DNA of 64,000 bases from Trichinella spiralis. Taxonomy: Eukaryota. Shown here piece by piece: positions 1 through 18,933 of the stretch; positions within the stretch are counted from its first letter, which is position 1; each line of letters starts with the position of its first letter. The position numbers and the translations under genes are program-made. The notes beneath the pieces are model-generated. The model searched no databases and was not told where the DNA came from. It worked only from the letters and a program-made list of their open reading frames with translations. Where the stretch lies: the NCBI RefSeq assembly GCF_000181795.1, contig NW_003526941.1, positions 6,881,051-6,945,050 of the forward strand, written 5' to 3'.

Positions 1-2536
1 CTACCTCGCAATAAAAAAACAATAACATACCGTTGAAATACCACTGCACTGTTGGTTTTGGCCATCCAAGCGCATCACATGACAGCGTAACATCTTGACC
101 AACACTAGCAGTAACGTTGCTCAATTGTTCAATGTGAGGTGCATTAGCTATGAAACATTTAAAATATGAAATATTTTTAAATAAAAAAAAACTGAAAACA
201 AATTTAATTACTTCTGCCTTGAACGTATGTGCCGTCAATTGCTGAACCATGGTTATTTTCCGCTAAGCACTGATACATACCAATTTGATCTCGACTTAAT
301 TTTTTCACTCGTAAAACATCTGATGACAATTTTTCAAGACCAATCGTCTTAGCGCAACACTATTAAAAAATTAAAAATAATAAACCTGCATGATAAATGA
401 AAAATTTTAAACTATGCACATATCACTCTTACTTGCAATGGTTCAGTCAAATCATCACCGTTGTAAAACCATGTAATATTATGTTCACCATCGAAGCTGC
501 AATGAATGTCAACGTCGCTTCCAAAACTTGCATATGTTACATTAGGCAAACTATTAAGCAATCGTGGTGCTTCTGCAAATAATTTGAATTATCAAATTCC
601 AATATAAATAAACAACTGAAACAAAACAAGCAAGCAACAGTATATTTCATATTAAAAAAATGCTACTAGCCTTCGACACTTAACGTAGCTCTTTCTTGAC
701 TAGTACTGAACAACGAAAACGATGCTTCGCAAGTATACAGACCAGCCTGATCTTCAGTTGGATTGCGCACAACCAACTGCCGTCGAAAATTGCGCAACTG
801 ATAATTTAAATTTTGCTCATCAATTATCTCTTGATTGAATTTCCAAACAATGTTCAGATTTTCCAAGCTACTAAACAACAATCTTCCATTAACAAAGCAA
901 CAACAATTAAGTTAAATGTAAAAAATAAAACTTCATTACCCATGATATGGAACACACTCGAAAATAACCTCATCACTCCACTGTGATTTTACAAAAACTT
1001 GATTGTGGGGTTTCCAAACAATCGAAACCGTTCCAGCAAAAATATTGCTTTCAAATACTGCAAATAATAAAAATACATATATTTATCGCAACAGAAATGA
1101 TCAGAAACAAAAAATCATTAATAAAAAAGTCAAAAATGAAATTGCATGCTACTACTTATAAACACAGAGTTACAAACAAAAGTTTTTTTTTCTTTTTACA
1201 ATCGAACAATTTCATTTAATAAAAATCTTTTTTAAAAAAAGAAACAAAACGATAAAAAAATACTTTGTACCGAAATTATCAAATTTAAAATTTTGCATGC
1301 CACTAATAATCACTTCTTGAATTACATAATTACTGTAATGAATAAATGCCAGCCAAGATGGGGAAACAATTTTGTCATCACATGCGCCCCAGAATGATTA
1401 GAGCGTTGAAAGAGGTGCAGAGAGCTAATGCAGCTTTGATTGAATAGCAAGCGTATTATCAGTTTTTAATAGCTGAACAAAGCACAAAACCCCTCTGGAG
1501 TCTAGACTAATAACCTCGAAATAAAAACAGGCGCACTCATTGAAAGCGCACTTTGCGTTTAAATCTAGTTTAAACGTGCCTCATCAAGCGGCCAAAAGCA
1601 ATCTATTTTCACTTACAATCTCCAGATGCATCCTGTTCTAGCCAGTAATCGTACTTGACCGGTCGAGATTTCAACGTATCGTGATAAACTTCCAACGAAT
1701 ATTGTCCAAAATCGTTTGGTTCTACGTCTAAAAGAACCAATGCTCCACGAGACGATATAAACGCTCGTAGACTAGGTGCAATCTAATAAACACGAAGAAA
1801 ATAAATGAGTAAATAGAAAAAAGTATTCAACGAATAAAAACAACATACGAGCACATTGTTAAACATCCAACGCCACTGAAGATGATATAGTGGCGCTGCG
1901 TCGATAGAAGGTGGCTTAAATATAGCGTAACCACCAACTTTAGCACGTACTTCAATCAATTTTCCTGGAGCAGGTGGTGGGTTGAAATCTGTATTAAACA
2001 AAAAAAAATAACACAAGAGCATAAATGTGAGAATAAATAAAATTACAAATAAAGGGACCAATCTCTGAATCATTCATACTTACAAGATACAAATATTTGA
2101 GTGGATTCCGAAAGAATGCCACCATTTTGATCGGTGGCTTTACAAAAATAAGATCCGGCATCAAATTTCGACGCATTGCGCAAATTTAACACCGGAACAC
2201 CAGCTACAGGTGAAATAAGGCGTCTATTTTTGAACCACTGAATCTGAAGCCGCTGATCAGCTTCGATCACTGGACAGCTAAGCTGAAATCCTGCTCCTTC
2301 GTGAACAAACAAACTGCGCTTTTCGAACGACAAGAGCTGAGGGCCGAGCAGCAAAAGCTCCGAGCCGTTCACTAAATTGCCATCAACAAAGTCTGAAAAT
2401 AAACAAGAAAAGATTGTTTTTCATTCAAATTAATAATAAATAAACAAAATGCGTTAAAAATGTAATAATAAAAAAAATTACCGAGGCAAATGATGATGAT
2501 GATTAAAACGATAAACGAACTGAAGAAAGACGTCAT
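1..2536 (-). CDS. Sidekick-like (RIG-4/SDK) immunoglobulin-superfamily adhesion protein; 5' part only, continues off the left end of the window
   Basis: ATG at 2536 opens a signal-like exon MTSFFSSFIVLIIIIICL (2536-2482). Spliced Ig domains follow: LSCPV..IQWFKN..DAGSYFCKATDQNGGILSE, then GGYAIFKPPSIDAAP..QWRW..GALVLLDVEPNDFGQYSLE, then LENLNIVWKFN..DQAGLYTCEAS, then APRLL..FGSDVDIHCS..ITWFYNG. Order and motifs resemble Sidekick Ig1-Ig5 as I recall them. Introns read are GT-AG. Confidence 0.7.
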
Positions 2537-4825
2537 TTTCCGCTCGGCAGGATGGCATCGGTAAACAAGTGACAATCGTTGTCGGTCATCGTCAAACGGC
2601 CGCCATCGATGCAGCCTAATTGATCAAATTTTCAGATTAAAGAGAAAAAAAATGAATAATCATAAAATGCAAATCATCATCATCAAGCGCATATTTTTGA
2701 CGATAAAAAAATAATGCAAAAAAACAAACAGCAGAAGTCAAGATTTTTACGTCAATTGAGGAAAAGTTGAACGAAATTCGAACGACGACTACTGTGCACT
2801 GTGTGTGTGTGTGTGTGCATAACTGCCGCCAGTGGTGGACGAGAAACCGGCCACCACCGTCCCTGAACCTAAAGCAGTACAATCTACGCGCGCGACCTGC
2901 ACGCTAATCGGTCCCCGAACAAACAAAGGCACACTTCAACCGGACCAATAGCAAGCAGGTCAGAAGCTTGTTGCCAATCTGTATGTTTATCGATTTTTCA
3001 CGTTTCTCAATATAATAGAACAAAAAATTACAACATCACAATCCCCTGCTGAAACATTATCAAAATACTACCAACTGTTTGCAACAATTTAACAAAAAAC
3101 AAAAAAATACAAAAAAAGTGCATAAACAGAAAAAAACAATAATACAAGATTATTAAAAGCATGTTAAAACAATTTTATTATAAATAATAGAACAAATTTA
3201 TACAACACGCATGGATGATAAAGTAATAGTAAGGGAAATAATGCGAAGAAAAAATTTTTTGCAAATGTTTCTTATAATTGATCGCTTATATATTGTAACT
3301 TAAAAAAATCAAGTATAAATTTTGATACCGGAATACTGTACTTTTCAAAGAATTCATAACTGTAAAAGTGACAAAACAAACTTGCATTTTAATTACTGTT
3401 CAACAATACAAACATTAATATATATATATCAGTATGCATTAGAATTATGTTGATACTTTTGAATGCATTTTATAGTATCACAAAATAACCAGTTATTTTC
3501 AATTATTTATGTCTACAAATAATTAAAAACTGAATAAAGTTCCAAATACAAATAGTAGACATGAAAAATAATTTAAGATTCAAATTGATCAGGTAATAAC
3601 TGTAATTCTTTGTTTGCTGCAAAACAAACAAAAACAAAATTATCATTTGAAAGTGAATTATATATTCAATCAATGCAAAACTGATATATGTCTTTTTAAA
3701 TAAGCAGTTTCTTATCGACTTGTAAAAATTTCATCTTTTGTACATAAAACTAAGGAAAAAACGATGGCTGTTTAAAATATTTTTCATATTTTACTGAAAG
3801 ATAACATCCAATTTTAAGAAATCATTCAAATAAATCTAACTTTCAGAAAAAAAAGAAGAAAATTTATTAATTTACCAAAATGCGGGAATATTGGCTTCAA
3901 AAGAAGAAAAAATCAGTTCGTAATCTTGTATCATCATAAGGGCAAACTTGACGTACAAGTAGATAGGTTTGCTACGAATGGAGTATGAAATTGAAACATG
4001 CATTCATTCAATTGACGCCTCCAATATAACCTTCTCGCGAATACAAGGGTGACTCATGCTCGTTTGACAGACCGTAATCAATTCATTTAGAAAACGCAAA
4101 AACTGGTCATCAAACAGTATGAAGAAAAGGGGAAAAAAATTACAACTTCAAACAGAGAAATTGGTTTGTTTTTTTTTTGTTGTGGCAAACTTTGAATCTG
4201 TTTTCTCAAAAGAGCAAACATTGTATGTATTTATTTTTGTAGCATGTAACTTTGACTTTGTCATTTCAAATGTTTCAAGGTGAACATAACATTCATGACC
4301 ATAAAAAGCCCCCCATCTACACGCTTAATTTTTTTAATGCAAGTGTTATTGTAAAACGTGCTTTATTTCATTTGATTTCAGAGTCAGGGGGCGTGTAATT
4401 TCTTTTTTGCATAAAATTACTATTTTTTTCCATTCAATGACCTTCGAATAATAGTCAATTAATAGCTAATGGTGAAAATTCACTTTTCATCTACCGTACT
4501 ACGTAGTAATACAATAAAAATTTGCGAAAAATTTCAAACTTCAATTCAGAATATGTTTTGAATTTTCATACTTCTATTTTATCACTTTTCCCACATGTAT
4601 GGTTATAATTTATTAAAAGATTAAAAATCTAACAGCACAAACATAAACGTGGAAACCATAAAAACGTTGAATTCAGTAAATTAACAAATTAGTTTTAGAA
4701 ACCACAATTTTAATTGTTTACAAAAAAAGTCTGTACAATGATGAACACTTCAACCACTTCGCACATTTACCATTAACGCAAGTAAATGTTGGCAGTAAAA
4801 TACATCTTTTAAATGAATAGAAATG

Positions 4826-5202
4826 CTATTCGTCTGCAGTCACAAATGGGTTTGAAATTTGTTCACTGCCATCAACAGGGCAAATGACTAAAACGGTAGT
4901 GCCACGTGCAATAGTTAACCCTAAGTTTCGAGTTTCTGTTCCAATTTTGGACATATCTTGACGGTCTAAATATGTTAAATTAATATGGTGCATTAAAACT
5001 ACTGAAAAAAGTTTCATTCCATAAGAAACTCACCTGGAAGATATTCTGTTGTATTATCCAGAACAAGATTTAACAGTTGATCATAACCTTTAAGTATTCC
5101 AGTAATTTCTCGGCCACCTTGAAATTTCACACGCAACGCCTTTTCAATGTAATTAGACAAATTGATGACAGTTTCTTTCTTCTTCTTTTCTCGATTTTGC
5201 AT
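4826..5202 (-). CDS. LSM7: U6 snRNA-associated Sm-like protein LSm7 (exons 5202-5034 and 4965-4826)
   Basis: KKKKETVINLSNYIEKALRVKFQGGREITGILKGYDQLLNLVLDNTTEYL joined to TRNLGLTIARGTTVLVICPVDGSEQISNPF; typical LSm7 Sm1/Sm2 motifs; phase-1 GT-AG intron. Confidence 0.95.
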
Positions 5203-6184
5203 GTTTGAAAACGGTGTTCTTCAAAAAGAAAAAACATTTTTATTCTCATAATCTGTACAAAAAGTAAGATAAATATTAAGAGTTTATTTACATTTATCAT
5301 CTTTTAGCAGACCTAAGTCAATTATGATGTTTGAATAACGGATATAATAAAAGAAAACATAATAACATACATCTGAAAAAAATATAAATTTGCAACATCA
5401 ACACCTGGTTTTAATTTTCAAATATAATGTCAGCGTATTTAATCAAATTTACTCTTACAAATATGAGAAAAAATAATGCTGAACATTAAAAAATAAACAG
5501 TAAACTTATCTGATTTACAAGTTTGTTTTCTGAACTCTTTAACCAAATAATTTTTACTGTACACATTATCGTATAAAACAGCAAAGTATTTCTTATTTGT
5601 GTTAATTAATTTTCAAATGCGAATACTTCTATACTACAAATAATGAAATGATCAAGAAAACTCATACCTGTTAGTGTTATAACAAAAGACTGTTAGAGAT
5701 TAATTTTAATCATCTATTTCAAAAACTTCAAATGTTGTTCATACTTTATTGTACATTATTCTCATTATAATTTTTTGTAAAGTTTAGCGCTTCATTTATT
5801 GCAATATGTTTAATTTATAAATAATGGAATTTTATTATAAACCAACTGTATGATATTAAGCAGTTGTAAATGTTCAAAGATTGAAAAATCTTACATACTT
5901 TTACTGATAAAATTATCGGTAAAATGAATACTTCTTTTTTTAGCAAATATTTCAACATCTCTCATTGTGTTAAGATAATAAGCTTTTTGTTTTTAAATAA
6001 GCATGAATTTCAATCTTATAAAAAATCTTTCCATTAAAATTTTCATTTATTTCATATATTAATGCAGAACTGTACATCTACAACGATGATGATTTTCAGG
6101 TTTTATATACTGTGTATAGAATAAACGGGAGAGCCGTTGTGCAGCTGTAGGTTGCATTTGTGCATTTCCATTCTTTTGTGAAGG

Positions 6185-12671
<6,487 letters not shown>

Positions 12672-13477
12672 AATGTTCCCTGAGGCGGTTTGGACGGAGA
12701 TTGAAGCTTTCAAACGGTTAGTTTTTAATATTTTTATACTCTTAAAGAATTTATTACTAAGTTTTGTAGGTTCAATTAAAGCCGGTTACAGTAGTCAACT
12801 TATTTTGGAGAAATTTTCATTTTGCGCACAGTTGACCTGTGATCTCACGCGTGTATTCAATTTTTTTTCCTCTTTTATGCGTTCAGTACTCAACTCAAGG
12901 AAAACACAGCAGGAACTGCTAATGCAGCTTGTTTATTACGTTTTATTCTTTCCATTTTTGGCTTTCGTGTGCCGATGCTGCTTTTAGTTTTTTTAATGAT
13001 CTGCTTACTGCTGTTTTGAAATTTTAATTATCATTATAACTGTTTATTGTTCTTGTTTTTAGATTTGATACTTCGGTGACGAATTATCCGTTTTCTTTTT
13101 TCCTGTGTTTAGTAATCATATTAAAATTTCTTACTGTTTTTTTTACGAACGAATTATGAATACTGCTTGGTGTATGCCTGTAATGACTGTGCAATTGGTA
13201 AAGTATCCTCTGGTATGATGATGAATTATATAAATTTATTTATTTAAGTAAATTGAAATATTAAATTAATAAGATAAATGTGATAAAATCAACTAATAAA
13301 AATTGAAGCAGAGAATTTGTAAGGATTACTGTAATATGTACCTAAATTTGCTTATGTTGTAAGTGCTGTAATAATAATATTGTTTAATTTTCTGTACAGT
13401 TTTTCAAAATAGAATAAGCGTGATTGAATAAGTGATAATATTTCGACTTCTTTACGTTTTGCTTTATTTTCAAAAAA

Positions 13478-14483
13478 ATGAGCGCAAGCGAATATGAGAG
13501 GCGGGAAGCGGTTCGACGAAAAATTTTAGCTGATGCCGAAAAACGCATGGCCCGAGTTTTGGGCAAGACGGGTATGTTATTCAAACATTCAAATCCAGTT
13601 TTGATAATACGTTCAATTTTAAGTGAACAAATCTGAAGATGCTTCCGCTACCAAACAGCCCACTGTTTCTGGTTCATCAGCGAATGATGATTCTTTTGGG
13701 TAGTTGTTTTGCAATAATTTAAATTATTTTTATTACAGTTGCAAACTGTACCATTTGTTTTGATACAACTCCAAATTTTCCTCTTACATTTGATTAGTAT
13801 ACCGATACTTTCTATATTATTTAGTTTCGACAGACGAATCATTTTTTATCATTAATTTCAATCATCTAAATATATGAAGTTGTTGTTTGTAAATTATTTT
13901 GAAAGAAAAAAATGTTTTGTTAACAAATTTTAATAGAGGCTCCGGTGGATATCCTTTTCCTAGTTCTCCAAGATTTCAAGTTAACCTAGACGATAAGCAA
14001 ACTGCAGCGAATTTTGGCTTCGAACCTCAGCGTGATGTGATTTTATTTTTCATTGGCATTTTTATACGTTATTTCGTTATTGTTTTCCGCAGTGCGGTGA
14101 GTAATGGTTAAAAACAATCATCGCTGAATATCATACTTAATATTTTTATATTTACAGCAAGTTATTATTCTGTGGCTTGTGTTCGATTTTGTATGGCAAC
14201 AGTTCTATCGTATCAGGCGTCAAGTATTCATTCATTCATTCATTCATCTGTTTTCTGATTTGTTTTGTCGACATTTTTGCAGTTAACTGACATTATATTT
14301 TTTAAGCAATATCCAGAACACAGTTTTATTGTGGACTGCTGTTTATCGTTTGGTATGCCATTGGAGAAGACAATATTTGTGGGCCATTTTTTGGAATTGC
14401 TTCATTACATCGGTCGCGATACAACGCTGATGTTGGCAGGCTTTATCACAGCCCACGTGATGCTCTTAACCACTGTTGATTAG
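13478..14483 (+). CDS. CAML/GET2-like tail-anchored protein insertion receptor; multi-exon
   Basis: N-terminus MSASEYERREAVRRKILADAEKRMARVLG resembles the GET2/CAML Get3-binding helix (RRxK..S/AE.R+.RI/V). A low-complexity linker follows, then three hydrophobic C-terminal segments ending HYIGRDTTLMLAGFITAHVMLLTTVD. Confidence 0.65.
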
Positions 14484-14645
14484 GCGAAAAAATATTTCAG
14501 ACAGATTTCTTGATCAGTTTCGTTTGGCATTCTTTTTGCTCTTTACTTAACATTTTCGTTTTTAAAATTTTATTTAATCGGTGAAAAACAACGGCAGAAT
14601 AAAATAAATTGCACGCACGGAAATTTTTAAAACAATTCACCGTTA

Positions 14646-15198
14646 TCATACATTCATCCCGTACAGCGATGTGGACGGTTGCAGCAACGGCGACTCTTGT
14701 ATGATGCGCTTCTTCGTCACTACGGAATGCAGTTCGTTGAAAGAGACCCTTGGTATATGATGCAGCTGACTTCTGTAGTTGTTTGCTTGTTTCGCTTTTC
14801 GTTGACGCTGCGCAACTTTATTAAAACTTTGTTTTGTTGGAAAGTTTGGTACAGGTGCTCCATCTGGATCCAAAACTTTCTCTTTTTTAATGTTCAACTG
14901 CTTAACAGGTGATAATTTTACCGGCATTTTGTTACCTGCAAATTAGAAAAATGTTTTAAATGAAAATATATGCATATTTTCACATCAAAACGTGCACTGA
15001 GTACACTTACTGGATGAATTGGTAGAATGGAAAAGAGCATCGCCGAGGTAATCTTTCAAAGGGATAAGAAGATGACTAAGCAATTGAGGCGATGCAATTT
15101 CTGAATTGTAGAATCATCGTTTAAACAGACATTAAACATTTATGTATTCACTTACCCAAACAACCGTAGAAGAGTAAAATGTAAAACAGTCGTGTCAT
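14646..15198 (-). CDS. Small basic, probably secreted hypothetical protein (3 exons; optional in-frame upstream exon from ATG 15339)
   Basis: Exons near 15198-15156, 15100-15011 and 14935-14646 join in frame via phase-1 GT-AG introns: MTRLFYILLFYGCLEIASPQLLSHLLIPLKDYLGDALFHSTNSSSNKMPVKLSP..SLYGMNV. Hydrophobic N-terminus; no recognisable domain. Confidence 0.55.
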
Positions 15199-15513
15199 TT
15201 TTGGAAATAGCTGTTGATTAGCATGCATGGTAGTTTATATAAAATGTAAAGAAGTAGTTCACGCTTCGCCTACTTGGCTACTTTTTAAAAAGAAATACGG
15301 TCGAGAACGGGTATTCAGCCTGGAAAAACGCGCTCTCATTTTTGAAGAAAATGATAATGAATGTTCGATAAAAGGTGAATGGCCTGCGAAGAAATACATT
15401 TTTTCATCCGTGCATTTACTTGTTTCAATAAAATATCAAATTTTCTCTCTAAAATAACATTTGTTAAAAGAGTCACAAGTTACCAAAGTACAAATCAAAA
15501 TAATAAATAGTAC

Positions 15514-16104
15514 TTACTCATCATGTAAAGAGGAATTGTCAGGACTGTAATTCTCGACAGAAAATAGACGAGCGTTGTGCTTATTAATCAGTTCCATAAT
15601 TTCCTTCTGAGGATATTTATACGACTGCCGACCATTCGGGTTAGAACATTTTTCTGAGCAACAACAAACGCTTTCATCAGCCAACCAATAACATGAAATG
15701 TTATTTTTAAAACAGCTGCATCGAGATGTGTTACACTGACCCTTTTTGCAGTGACATCCAATAACTATGCGTGATTTTGCAATGCTTAGAGCTTCATTTA
15801 TAGCATCTCTGTCAATGATTACTTCGGCCATATTCAACATTTCACGTCGCTCAGACAGTGTGAATTTTCTCGGCTGTGCGTAACAACTGTTGTTTTCAAC
15901 AACAACGTCTGACAGTTCCTTTGTCTCAATTTCGAAACAGTAGTCTTCCATTCCCAAGGCTAGACCACCTTCTGGAACTGTACACAGTCCTTGTGCGCGA
16001 CCAAATTTGAAAGTTTTCACTTCTCCAAAATGGACATGTCGGGACGATTTACGACTTCGTTTAGCCAGTGGTGATGTTATATTTGGCAGTTTGGAAGAAT
16101 CCAT
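15514..16104 (-). CDS. Cysteine/serine-rich nuclear protein (CSRNP/AXUD1/TAIP family), intronless, 196 aa
   Basis: VHFGEVKTFKFGRAQGLCTVPEGGLALGM, RREML..V.IDR, SRIVIGCHC..CNTSRCSCFKNNISC..CCCSEKCSNPNGR match the CSRNP N-terminal domain pattern. Confidence 0.85.
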   Translation of the reverse strand: MDSSKLPNITSPLAKRSRKSSRHVHFGEVKTFKFGRAQGLCTVPEGGLALGMEDYCFEIETKELSDVVVENNSCYAQPRKFTLSERREMLNMAEVIIDRDAINEALSIAKSRIVIGCHCKKGQCNTSRCSCFKNNISCYWLADESVCCCSEKCSNPNGRQSYKYPQKEIMELINKHNARLFSVENYSPDNSSLHDE

Positions 16105-18121
16105 TTCTAATAATTATCGAACGTTGCTTGAAGATAAGTCGAAATAATGAAATTTTCAATGATTCAGCTTTCTTCAAAATTGACTCAGATCAGAGTGCAT
16201 CATAATCTCTGCTGTATTTTCGTGCCACTACAGTATGATAAATGACGACCATGTTCGTCTATTACAATATACAGCACTGCATATTTACTTCGCAAGGCAT
16301 GGTCGATTTTGAGATAAAATTAATTGTAACAAAATATTTAAACATTACTTGTTATGATCTACCAATATGCAATCCCAAGAATAATTGTAAATTAGCAACT
16401 ACAAAGAATGCTAAATGGGCTTGGTAAACAGGACAGAATGAGCATTGTTTTTAATGTCTCGGCATTTAAAAATGATGTTATGCATGAATTAAACTAGATA
16501 ATAATTTAAAATAAAGCTTAATTTTTGATAAACTTACACTTTTTTATATTTTAAAATAGCTGAATTGAAATGTAAAACAATATACCGTTTGGACGGCTTG
16601 GTAAAATGCAAGAATTAATTCAAAAGTAAATGAAATAAATGTTTCAGTCAATAATAAACACTATGAAACACTTGCTGTAGTCCACTCCTCATCGTACACA
16701 TTCAATTCGAAAATTATCCAGGGAAAGGCGCCTACTTTTCACTATTACTGTGACAGTGCAACTTGTATTTATTAAATCAAGAAAAATTGAATATATGTGC
16801 AAATCCATTCTTACTAATACTTTTATAATTTTATAAATAGCAAAGAAATAGTTTTATTTGTTCTTTTTTTTATTAAAATTGGAATTTTTTGAAATTAAAA
16901 TGGGAATCTAGAATAAAATTGAAAAGCAATTAAATATGTTTATTTAAATTGATGTGTTGAAATAATTTAAATTGATTGATAGCATAAATTAAAATATTCA
17001 AAAATTTAATCATTAGAAGATTATTGGCTTTATTTTGAAAATTAACCATTCCCAATTCTGTTGTTCTTATCGATCTCTTTACTGTTAGCAGTTAATTTTA
17101 GTTTTTAAATCTTTAATAACTTTTGAGGATGGATCAGTTGGCATTTTTTTAGTAACTCAATAAAACTTGAAATGCTTAAATCATTTATTCAAAAGAAAGT
17201 TGCATTTTCAGATTTTGCATGAAAGTAGTAACTTCTGTGTTGATGTATTTTGAAATTTTAACTCCATAATCTGAATGTAATGCGTTTAATTTGAAAAACT
17301 TGAATGAAATCAATTTCGATAAATGTGATTGTATTAAATGCATAGGTATAATTTAATTTTTCAGTATTTATTATCCAAAATGCTCAAAGCGAATGGTCAA
17401 TAATAATTTGTGCGCATTTATTGACGAATTTAAGTTTTGAAGTGTAATAATTTAATTATTAATTTTATTGTATAGTAATAATGCAAAAAACTTTGTGCAG
17501 TTGCATAATTTTTGTATAAACTTCCATAAATCATGAATTTTTCCCAGTCATACTGTGGATTACAGAATAAATGATGGTCAGTAGGATAAGGTTTAGATAT
17601 TTGTTGCGCGCAACAGTGAACAAAGTAATATATGCAAAATAATGCCTACTGCGCTATTAAATGATGGTTTTTATGCGGTGAGTTGGATGTTGATACTGAA
17701 AATGACAAGTTGCGCTTATTCTGTCATAAACTGACACGGGTAGCTATTCAAAATTCGTTCTGTTTTTGCATTCGCGTAGATTCGAATTTTGAAACCTGTT
17801 TTGTTTGTAATTGTGTTATTATTTATTTATTTATTTATTGTCATAAATTTGAATTGTTTGCTTGAATTTTCAAGATCAATACATAAGTGAAGTGCGTTTT
17901 TGTTGAGACAATTTATTAATTGAGCCGATGTGTCGATAAATGCAGCTTTTCAACAGCGGTGTGCTTATATTGAGCGAGCGAATTTGTTCAAAAGCCCAGC
18001 TATTTCTATCTTGCGTTCCCAGTGGCATTTTTACTTTAAAATCTGCGAAAAGAAGGAAGCGGTATTCATTTATCAATTCAGCAGTTGCCATTTTATAATC
18101 TCTTCATCACATGTATGTATG

Positions 18122-18127
<6 letters not shown>

Positions 18128-18159
<32 letters not shown>
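18128..18159. repeat. (TG)n microsatellite upstream of the elongase gene
   Basis: Uninterrupted TG dinucleotide run. Confidence 0.95.
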
Positions 18160-18160
<1 letters not shown>

Positions 18161-18933
18161 ATTCGCCCGCGCACACACGCGCGCGTTTGTATGCTGTGCT
18201 AAGCCAACTGCTTGGCGTGCCGTTCAGTATCGATCGATCATCTCGTGTCATGGGTGAATCCCTCGTTTATATTTAGCTTTGTTCGCTAATATAAAGCAAA
18301 ACTTCTCGAAACGGATCATAATTTGTGCTATATGTTTGCTTTAATTTGCTGCTTTAATATATATATATATCTGCTATGCATAATACTTTTTTACAATAAA
18401 CAATTTGGTCGCGTAAATAAATAAATATATATATATTGATTGCGTTGACCGAATTCGGCACTCGAATCAATTCATGTCCAACAGTTGCATCTGGATAATG
18501 TATGGCTCGTTCGGTCGCGCGTCGTCGATTCGGCTCTTGTTTGAGGACTGGCTTTTTTTCAAATTTATTTTTGCTTTTTTTTGAAAATTTTGAAAAACCC
18601 TGAAAACCTATTTGTGAGCTTTTTGTTTGTTGGCACTGTGAATTTTCTCCTCTCCAGCTTCACGTATGTGGCTTCCGTCTGTCTGTTCATCTGAACGCCA
18701 GCGTTCAGAATCGATACAATCCAGTAGCATGTGGGATGAGTCATCGTTCGGGAATTTTGTCATTTTCACGCGCTCATTTGTTTGAACTAGCGTGCTTGTC
18801 AATTTTGTACTTGCAACATTTTCTTTGCATCCGCTTTGGACTCTTCCTTTGTTATCATAGAAATGCATTGTTTATCATTTTGTTTGTGATTTAGGTCTGT
18901 ATTGATATAATTGGAATTTTTTAGCCAGAAATT

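Noticed and set aside
12673..12780. Tiny spliced ORF MFPEAVWTEIEAFKRFN just after the KDM5 stop
   Set aside because: Only 17 aa; more simply a 3' UTR with a possible intron.
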